Origin: Camelus dromedarius
Taxonomy: Eukaryota
Assembly (NCBI RefSeq): GCF_036321535.1
Contig: NC_087436.1
Span: forward strand, 99,884,001-99,948,000
Length of the DNA stretch: 64,000 nt
Direction of reading: 5' to 3'
A program made the position numbers and the translations under genes. How positions within the stretch are numbered: position 1 is the stretch's first letter; each line of letters begins with the position of its first letter. Of this stretch, positions 54,694 to 64,000 are shown piece by piece. The notes under the pieces were generated by a model. It was not told the DNA's origin. It did not search any database and saw only the letters and a program-made list of their open reading frames with translations.

Positions 54694-55500
54694 TGTTTTA
54701 GTTAGGATTTACCTTTTGCAGCATGTAACATAGACTGCCACAGTGGTAACCATATTTTCTCATTTTACAAGAATGGAGGGAACAATTTCTCATGTTAGTT
54801 CACAGGCTTAAAGAAGTCAAATCTAATGTTGGAGATTTTCATGACTTTTTACTCACAGTTGCAAAAAATGGCAGCCTGAGTTTCAAATATTAAGCCCACA
54901 TTTCTGGCAAAAAGAGAGAGATTGGAGCATTATATTTTTTATTGATTAATACTGTCTTATATGGCTATAATCTAACCAGAAAGGAGGAAGGAAACATTTT
55001 GGTGTTTTTTTAAGCTTGCCTGTTGTCAATCTGCAATGGGTTCTGATATTAAGGAAAAAGGGTGATGGATATTGGCTTGGCCACTATCAACATCTGCCAG
55101 TCTCTCTTTGGACAGCCAACATCTCTACACTCCCTTCTTCCCAACAAAAGAACATATTCAGAACATACATGATGCCATTTCAAATTATCCTACCAAGGTA
55201 AAATTAGCATGAATTTTCATTCCGTCCATATGAACAAAATGCACTTCCTTGTGATCCTGTGACTAATAAAATAGATGATAATTTACCTGATTGTGGAAGA
55301 AACACAGGAAAAATATTACAATATTTATTCAGAAAGGGAAACATTAGAAATTCTCATCAATTGCTGGGTGATGGTAATTTTCAAATTATACTGAACTCTT
55401 TGCTCACTAACTAGAAAATACGGCAGCCCAAGTTCTGACAGCTGAGAGATTCTCTTTCTCTTATACCCGAATCCTAGAGCTGAAATATATTTTAGAGACG
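54694..55500 (-). mobile_element. MLT1-type MaLR LTR (~54694-55100) with adjacent internal sequence
   Basis: TGTTTTAGTTAGGATT...GCATGTAACATAGAC start and ATGGATATTGG...CAACATCTGCCA end, followed by MaLR-int-like CCCTTCTTCCCAAC. Confidence 0.55.
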
Positions 55501-57754
55501 ATGCCTTTCCTTGAGGTGACCCTATTTTCACAGACACATTACTATAGGGAGGGGCTTGGGGGCACTGGATTGCTTTAAGACTTTACTTATTGGGTGTTAC
55601 TGTTTAATTATGTTGGAGGGGGGTTTTGATTTCTACAAAAATTAGTAGAATTCCATCTTATTTTTTTGGCAGATTTCCACATGCTAACAATCAAAGCCAG
55701 TGATCCTCTCTGGTAGAAATCGTAAATCCTAATGATTCTCCCCTCATCCTTTTTTTTTTTTTTTTTTCAAACCCAGAACTTCATGTTCTACTGATGTTGC
55801 TCTAAGGCAATTGAAAAATTAAGCTATAATGAATCAAAAACACCTCAAAGATCAGCTTATTTTAACGTGTAGGTACTATTTTACTTTCCTCCATGTATGC
55901 CAATTCCAGTCCAAGTTAACGTTTATTTTAGATAGTGCAAAAAGTGGAGATATATCAAACACAAGGCTAATATTCTACATTTTTTCCTACCATTCCCCCC
56001 CCCCCCCCCCAGTATTAGCAGCAGCGTGCTATCAAAGCTAGTTCCTGTGAATCAACTTGGTGATGGTTACAACCTCTCTCTTTGGTTATGCTAAAATATA
56101 TTTTGTTCTCCAAAAGTTAAATACATAATCACCACACAAATATAAAATACTCACAAGCCAAGGATTTTTATTCAAAAGTAAGTGAATGAGAGAACCAGTT
56201 TGACGTTAAAACTAGTTCACATGAAATTTTGGATTACAGAAATTATATTTTCTATTATTATTAACAGGAATCATCTGCATTACCATCAATTCACTACATT
56301 TTAACATCTTCCCCTACAGGGTTGTAAGTAATTTTGTCATTGGTGACCCAATAAACAATGTAACGTGTGTAGAATCAGATAAAAACCAGAGACTCTGCCA
56401 GGCAAAGCCTAGGGCTCCGTTGAGAGGACCCAGCAATTTCTTTTGCTTAATGATACGATTTTTTTCCCCTCATAGTTCTTACCCATTTTCCAAACTTAGT
56501 CCTTCAGTTTATCCTTTGAGTCTATGATATCCGGCTAATTTGTGAATTCTGTGGACGTCTCCCAGATTAATTTGCCAGAGCTGTTCCTCTTATTGATGTC
56601 TAAGAACCCTAAGTGGTTAAGACAATTTTTTAGCATCTTCAAGGATCTCTCTTATCATCTCAATATTGTAAATAATTCATGAGGGCAGCCTTCTGACAAA
56701 AAGACATAGTAACTGGCTATTAGTAGAAAAAGCACATTTGAATATGTCAAACATGAAAATGGTAAAGGCGACTGAGAAAATACGGCAAAACGTTAGAATC
56801 GTGTTAAATTTATATATATACACTTAATTTCTAATAATGGTCATGATAAATAAGGTGCTTCCCGTGACCCCCATGTTTCTCTAACTTCATTGCTTGTGCC
56901 AATTAAATTAATTTTCATACATAAAAATATAAAAGCTGTGAGTCTATTATATTGTGAGACTATGATCAGCATTTTCCAGGTGAGAAATCTGCAGCTTAGA
57001 AAAATATCCCTTTTCGAGTCCCACATACCATATCTGGCACCGATAGAAAAATACACTATATCACCACCTAGGTGGGTAATTGGGATGACTTACAATGATA
57101 TTCCTTACTGTTGAGAGTTTGTTCAAAGTTTGTCATAAATTCAGATTCTTTTAAAATATATACCTCTTCGGGGTATAAAGATAGAATGTACTGAAAAGTG
57201 AAAAGAAAGTGACATATCAGTGCTACCAGCCAGTGACTAGAATATCATCGCCTTCTGTATGAACAATCAGACAACGTGTATCACTGAGAAGAAAAATTCA
57301 GTAATGCTGAAGTCTAGAGAAAATGCTAGGATTTTGATTCTTGACAGTACTAATAAAAATTTGATACTAGGATTTCTAAATTAAGCTAGAATGTATTTAT
57401 AATACTTAAAACTTACAACTTCTCTTTCTCTGCTTGCCTTAAAAATTGGTAGTTTAACTTCCTTGCATTTTCAACAGGAAAGTTGTACTAGTATGCTAAG
57501 TACATGTTCAGAAGTGTAGACATCTATTTTGGCTCATTTTTTTTTTCCAGCTTTTTAAATAAATCCCTCTAAAAACCAGTATTTTTGAAGGCTTGCAAGC
57601 AGAAAAATGTTGCACTACGTGAAGAGTATGAGCTAGAATTCCACTTTCGGGAAGATGCAGCAATAGGAATATCTCGTTTTCTTTTCACTTGTTCAAAATA
57701 TTATTTAAACTTAGTTCCACAATACATTTAAATACAATACAGTGTGTAGCTCTA

Positions 57755-57960
57755 TTTAAGTATTCAGTCTCTGATGTCAGCATCTTGGCTCAAGCTCTTT
57801 TCAGCACTTACAAGTTATTAAAGCTTTCTAAGTCTCAATATCCTCATCACTAAAACAGGAAGAATGATAGTTTCTAGATCAGAATTGTGGTGGGAGTTAA
57901 ATAAGATGATGAATGCAAGGACTAATATAATTTATATTGTGAGCTCTCAATAAATGATTA
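57755..57960 (+). mobile_element. MIR SINE
   Basis: CAAGTTATTAAAGCTTTCTAAGTCTCAATATCCTCATCACTAAAACAGG...GAGCTCTCAATAAATG. Confidence 0.7.
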
Positions 57961-59929
57961 TACCGCCATTTATAAAATACTATTCCCAACACATAACATT
58001 GTTTTAAAAAATCTACTTTGCAACAGTGATTTTTTTTCACCTAGCCAATTCTTAATTAGTCTTTATCCCTCCCTGCTTCATTCCTTTCTAACACCAGTCA
58101 AGGTGTTAGTTAGGCTCCCTAGAGGTCATGAGGATGAGCTTGTAACAGATTTTGTTAGTTTTCACCAGCAATATGACCACCCAGAGCACAGAAGGACCCA
58201 CTGGTACGGGTTTTATCCCGTAAGTTGTAAATGTGGATGATTTTGAATGATCTTTATTGATGTCTTGCATGATGCTAATAAATGCAGGGTGATTTATTGG
58301 AATAAATGTTACTATCATACTCTAGTTCCAAGTACTTGGAATTGTAAAATAGATGACTGAATGTGGCATTACTCAGACCTCCTCTCAGTTTGAAATCCTA
58401 GTGTAACTGAGTTGGGAGACAAAGCATATCTGGGATTATGAGCATAAGAATTTAAGAAAACTTATAGGAGGTGTGGAGATCAGACTACTGAGTGATTCCC
58501 TGTATTAAGACAGGGAAATGCCCTGATTGAGGTTCCAGGTATCTTGGTTCCAGGGAGACGTTGACATAAATAATGAAGTGAGTAGACTTAGGAAGCCAGA
58601 AGTGAGTAATCATTTTGAGTTTCACAGGGTATATGCAACTCAGTTTGTCTTTTTGCTTTAACACTCAGGTTGCTCCTGGTCCCATAGGAGGGGGAAATGA
58701 GGAAACAATTACCAATCACTGGAGGAAAGGTAAGGTGAGCTTTGGAGCCTAATCTCAGTACATTACTCAGTACTCACATCCTACAGCTCACCCTAAAATC
58801 AGAATGTGCTATTATCACTCCTTAAAATATGCATACATTGTAATGCATGCATCTTTAGAAATAATAAAACACTTTGCAAGGTCATCTATGTTTCATATTT
58901 CTACAAATTCCCAGCAAAAGTGAGCCAACTTCTCCACACTTTAACATGGTGACAGTTGCAGAGGAATGGAAGAGCGATTACAGTCATCAATATATGTGAT
59001 GTTGAGAAGTATGTCAGGGCAGGGGCTGTCACCAGAATCAGTCCTTGGATCAGGCAGCTGTGTAGGGGAAGCAATGGAATATATGACCCATCCCAGAGGG
59101 AAAAAGAAAAGACCGGCACAGCCATTCTTAACCTATGCAGCACCCAATGACCTGCTTGATCCAAAGACAAGGATTTACGATTAAGGTCCCATTTATGACT
59201 TCACTGGTAGGGTCTGAATCATATATTCAGTATTTTTCTATTACTTGAAGAGATACGTGTTTTCTGTGAACATGTGCTCTTTTTAGATTATATACTTCCC
59301 TTCTCTGCCCCCTAGTTTTTTGTTTGTTGTCTGCTTTTGTTTATTTGCTGTGATGTTTCATATACTGAACTATCTGAAAAACTGTAAGGTCACTATTAAA
59401 ATAATTCATTATTACATAATGTATTTACTTGTGCATTTTCTCTTTTGAATCTGGTTTAATTTCACCGTATTCTTCTTATTTGGAAAAAGTGTGTTATCAT
59501 TTTTGTTTATAGACTTTCTCCTCTTAGGCTGATATGGTTGTCATCAGCAGCAGTTCCTCTGGAGGCTTTGTCAAAAGAGTTGAAAAACTGGAAAGGTGTG
59601 AATGAAGCTGTGTTTTCCAAATATAAAGAAAAGAGCATTGAAGCACAATTCACACTCTCACTTCCACTTCTAAGCTTTTAGATGTTTGACCTTTAAAAAT
59701 TTTGCTTCTAGCAGAGATGACTGTATAATTCTCACTTTAAGGAATAATTATTTTTATAATTTTCTATCACTGTACAGGTACTCAATTTCAATTAAATTCT
59801 AATATAATTTTAAAAAATCAAAATTTCAGTGAACATTCAATTTCTGAGCAGCACCAATTTTAGAAAGTTTTATAATACTCAATCCGTATGATTTTTCTGA
59901 AGTGTTAACCCTTTATTTCTATTATTTGT

Positions 59930-60420
59930 ACCATCAGTAACATGAATGACTATGAAATCATAGGCATCAAGGATAAAGAAGGACCAGATAGGCAGAATCC
60001 TTGCCTTCATAAAGTTAAGAATCTAGTAGAAGTCTCATATAGCAAACATTTATTGCATGCCTGGTCTGAGTTGAGCACTATTCTAGATATTGGGGATAAA
60101 ATCAAAGATGAGACAAACTAAATCCCAGCCTTAGTGGAGAATCATTTTCATGGGACAGATGATAAATGGGAGACTACTGGGAGAAGCCAACTAAACATCT
60201 GCAGTGTGTGTGTATGTGTGTGTGTGTGTGTGTGTGCGATAAAGTGATGCATATTTTGAAATAAATAAAGCAGATTAAAGGAGGAGCAGTGACTGAGAAA
60301 AGATCTTTTAACTGAATGGTCAAAAAAGAGCTCTTTGAGGAAGTCAGCTTTGAACAGATTTCTGAATGATATTACATAAGAAACCATACAATAGCTCAGG
60401 AATGGGTGATTATTCCAAAC
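59930..60420 (-). mobile_element. LINE-2 3' fragments containing (TG)n at ~60204-60237
   Basis: CAAACATTTATTGCATGCCT...GCACTATTCTAGATATTGGGGATA...CTCTTTGAGGAAGTCAGCTTTGAACAGA. Confidence 0.75.
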
Positions 60421-60434
60421 ATAAAAAAATTGTA

Positions 60435-60511
60435 TGAATCACTGTACTGTACACCAGAAATTAACACAACATTGTAAATCAACTATACTTCAATAAAAAG
60501 TATAGGAATGG
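60435..60511 (+). mobile_element. Extremely 5'-truncated L1 3' terminus with a 12-bp TSD
   Basis: TGAATCACTGTACTGTACACCAGAAATTAACACAACATTGTAAATCAACTATACTTCAATAAAAA flanked by AAAAAAATTGTA at 60423-60434 and 60512-60523. Confidence 0.88.
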
Positions 60512-60555
60512 AAAAAAATTGTAAAGACTCTGAAGTCACAATACAGGCTGAAAAT

Positions 60556-60653
60556 TTCTTTTTTATTTGTATTTGTATTTATATTGAAATATAGTTCATT
60601 TACAATGTTTAATTTCTGGTGTACAGCATAGTGATTCATATATATATACACAC

Positions 60654-60688
<35 letters not shown>

Positions 60689-61454
60689 CATACACACACA
60701 TACACATTCCTTTTCATATTCTTTTTCATTATAGGCCATTACAAAGTATTGAATATAGTTCCCTGTGTTATACAGTAGGACCTTGTTTTTTGTCTCTTTT
60801 ATAGATAGTAGTTAGTACCTCCAGATCCCAAAATCCCAATTTATCCTTTCCCACTCCCTTTCTCCCCTGGTAACCATAAGCTTGTTTTCTATGTTTCGAG
60901 TCTGTCTCTGTTTTGTAAATAAGTTGATTTGTGTCCTTTAAAAAGATCTATATATAAGTGATATCATATGATGTCACCTCACTACACCTCACTACACCTC
61001 ACATTACAAAGAAGTATCACCTCACACCAGTTGGTCATCATTAAAAAGTCCACAAATGATAAATGCTGGAAAGGGTGTGGAGAAAAGGGAAACTTCCTAC
61101 AGTAGAAATGTAATTTGGTGCAGCTGTTATGGAAAACAGAATGGAGATTCATTAAAAAACCAAAAGTAGACTTACCATATGATTCAGCAGTCCCACTCCT
61201 GGGTATATATTGAAGGAAATGCTAATTCAAAAAGATACATGAGCTCCAATATTCATAGAAACACTATTTATAATAGCCAAGACTTTGAAGCTACTAAATG
61301 TCCATCAACAGAAGACTGGATAAAGTTGTGGTATATTTATACAATGGAATACTACTCAGCCATAAAAAAGAATAAAATAATGTCATTTGCAGCAATGTGA
61401 ATGGACCTGGAGATAGTCATACTAAATAAAGTAAACCAGAAAGAGAAGGAAAGT
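60556..61454 (-). mobile_element. L1 3' end with 5' inversion (60556-60972 minus; ~61003-61454 plus)
   Basis: The two oppositely oriented L1 pieces are adjacent in the recalled L1 consensus (…CCAGAAAGAGAA… then CATATGATATCACTTATAT…). A (TA/CA)n tract lies at ~60638-60705. Confidence 0.85.
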
Positions 61455-62559
61455 TTCCATTATAAGGAAAGTTCTAATTGGGATCAAAAAAAATAACTAA
61501 CAAAGGTTTGAGAGAAAAGGAAAAAACTCCCTGTGGAATTGATACTTAATGTATACTCTAAAGGATAAGTAGGGCTTAGTTTATAGTTCCTGAATTCAAG
61601 AACATCACATTCCACAAGACAAACACATAAACAAATGCTCATGCAACAACTATTAATGAAAGGATATAATATTGCATGATTGTGATGATAATGATACACA
61701 TAGGGAATGACAGTGTATAAATAAGGTGCAGTCTACTTGGATTGTGTGGGAGTCTTGGTAACAAGAGTAAGGAAAAGTAATCCCTGAGCATGTCTTAAAT
61801 TAAGCAATTTTTGTGTCGTGATTTAAAGAGTAAATAGGAGTGTGCCTCACTATTTAAGGAAAAGAATGCCTCAGCTATAGGAAGTACAAAGCCATAGAGG
61901 TATGAAAAAAATACTGCCAATATTTTGGTGTTCATTTGCTGCTGCTTCCAGGAGTAACAATCTAAACATTAAGTACCAAATCTCCTACCAAAGACAACCA
62001 AAAATCCAGGAATAATATTTTTTAATGTTAAAAATATCAGAATGATTGTGAAAATAAATGAAGAATTGCTGAGCCAAGATGTGGAATATAATGAGAACCT
62101 AGAGGTACATGCACTAGAATCCAATTTTTGCTATAAGGGCATTTGAAACAGTGAAAACACACTGAGCTGTGTAACAGCTGTAATAGCTGGGTAACAGACA
62201 CTTGATGCTAGAGAAGCAAATTCAAAACCCAGCATCAGTCAAATCTGAGGACTTTTGATACAACCCAAATTTAAGTTGCGATCCCTCAAAGCAAAAGGGG
62301 AAGCAGAAGTAAAAGAGTACAACCAGCCTAGCTTGTTTTCTATGAGGGCTGAGAAAGTCAAGCATTGAACTTGGAATATGATTGCCTTTCAGGGTCTCAG
62401 ATGCAAAAGGAAATTTTGTCAAAAGGATGATCCCACTCTTATAGGTCATAATTATTCCCACCCCCCCAAAAAGTTTTAAATATTATGTCTTTGACACAGC
62501 AAAAGGGAAAAACACACAAGGAAAGAAGATACTATTGGCAAGTTCCAGTAGAAACATGG

Positions 62560-63430
62560 CATAAAGATACTAAAGTAATCAGATACAAATTATAAAATGG
62601 ACTATGCTTACTGTGCTCAAAAAAAAAAAAGTAAGGTATAATATATTTAATGGAAAGCTGGAAACTAAAAATGATGCCACAGAAAAAAATTATTAATGGA
62701 CCAAGTAGGTATTCTATAACTTAAAGATATGACAGCTGAATTTAAGACAAAACAAAACAAAAACCAAAGCAAACTATAAAAATAAATACAAAAAGTTTGA
62801 AACAAGCAACAGTTATAAAACTAAAATGGAGTAGACTTAAAAATACTAAAAGTACATTTGTAAAATATGAGGATCTCTTACAATTAAAAAAATACATGAA
62901 ACCCAATGCTAAAATGTCAAAAGGTTTGAATATGTAATTTACAGAAAGAGTAATCCAAATGGCCCCTTGTATATGAAAATTATTTATCTGTATTGTGAAT
63001 CTGGAATACAAATTAAAAGAGACTATGAGATATCACTCCACATTCACTATATTGGCCAAAAGTAGAACTCTCTGGCAACAATGTGAAAGAATGGGCAGTG
63101 TCCATATTTACTGGTAGGAACTTTAGGTACGTTTGGAAATACTTAAAAAGCTTGATGACAATCATAACTTTTAGTTCACTCCTAGAAATACAGCATAAAA
63201 TTAAATGCATTTTTACACCAGGAGATGCATAAAGATGATTATAGTAGTTTTGTTTATAACAACCAAATAATACTGGAATATTTATATAATTGTATTATAC
63301 AGGAATTGATATGTATTTAATATTTATAATTAATTATTTATTAACAAACTGGGGAGTTGTGGAAAGGTGTAATTCAAAAGATAAATTCTGTGGTGCTGGC
63401 TATGTTCTATTTCTCAAGATGTGTCAGTCA
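62560..63430 (+). mobile_element. Old L1ME-type fragments
   Basis: TTTACAGAAAGAGTAATCCAAATGGCC...CTATGAGATATCAC...TTCACTCCTAGAAATA motifs. Confidence 0.6.
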
Positions 63431-63445
63431 TATGAGTTTTCAGTT

Positions 63446-63447
<2 letters not shown>

Positions 63448-63483
<36 letters not shown>

Positions 63484-63502
63484 ATGTGTATATATATATA
63501 TT
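63448..63502. repeat. (TA)n microsatellite
   Basis: Directly visible. Confidence 0.95.
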
Positions 63503-63589
63503 TTTTTATATGCTTGGAGGTGGAAAAGCTTAGCTGAGGTCAGCTTACATAGGGTTTTCTATACTCTGCCAAGTAGTTTGAAGAACCAT

Positions 63590-63860
63590 TGTATCAAACC
63601 TCAGTGGTCAAGCCTTCATTTGTTTCCTGAGCTTTCTAACATTTTCTTAGAGAGACCTGACCTGGAAATCTAGTCACTTTTATCTAGATACTTCCATTTT
63701 ACCAAAATTCTTTTTAAAACTGAGTGCCTAAAACTTAGAAAAATGTTCTGGTTGTTATCTCACCGGGGTGGGGTACAGTTGTTTCTATCAACTAGTGATA
63801 TCAATGTCTACATTAAATGTGTCACTTTTAATTCTTGTGGAACTCTTGGTTAAATGAATT
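63590..63860 (-). mobile_element. Possible CR1/L3 LINE fragment
   Basis: GAGTGCCTAAAACTTAG...TTCTGGTTGTTATCTCACCGGGGTGGGGTACAG weakly resembles antisense CR1/L3. Confidence 0.35.
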
Positions 63861-64000
63861 TTCCAAGCTTCCTATAAATGAAGTTTTAAGCCATCAACAC
63901 ATGAATATAATTAAACAATTAAATGAAAACAAGCCAAGGATTTACAAAATATTAAATGTGTAGTGGAAATGGTACAGTTCTGAAATCATAAAGCCTATTT

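Noticed and set aside
58900..59190. Three overlapping ORFs
   Set aside because: No recognisable protein similarity, and consistent with chance in a GC-richer patch.
1..64000. CRISPR array, operon, phage or other prokaryotic system
   Set aside because: The window is mammalian repeat-laden DNA with no repeat-spacer array and no long ORFs.

Overview
AT-rich mammalian genomic DNA, either intronic or gene desert. It is most likely camelid (alpaca/llama/camel), judged from a Vic-1-like tRNA-derived SINE plus an artiodactyl Tigger2a-type MITE. I found no protein-coding gene, RNA gene, CRISPR array or prokaryotic-type system. The supplied ORFs are transposon remnants, microsatellite translations or chance ORFs. 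The window is a mosaic of decayed transposable elements (Tigger1, Tigger6-like, hAT MITEs, L1, L2, MIR, CR1, MaLR/ERVL LTRs, ERVL pol) and unique DNA, with a TE-poor block at about 30-53 kb. Repeat family names come from recalled consensus sequences, not from a search, and most boundaries are approximate. The points most worth checking are a candidate 57-nt frame-preserving cassette exon (-), a recursive-splice-like AG|GT exon (-), a twin-primed inverted L1 with templated junction filler, a near-perfect ~103-bp tandem duplication, and a ~62-nt hairpin in unique DNA. I could not support a genuinely new biological system.
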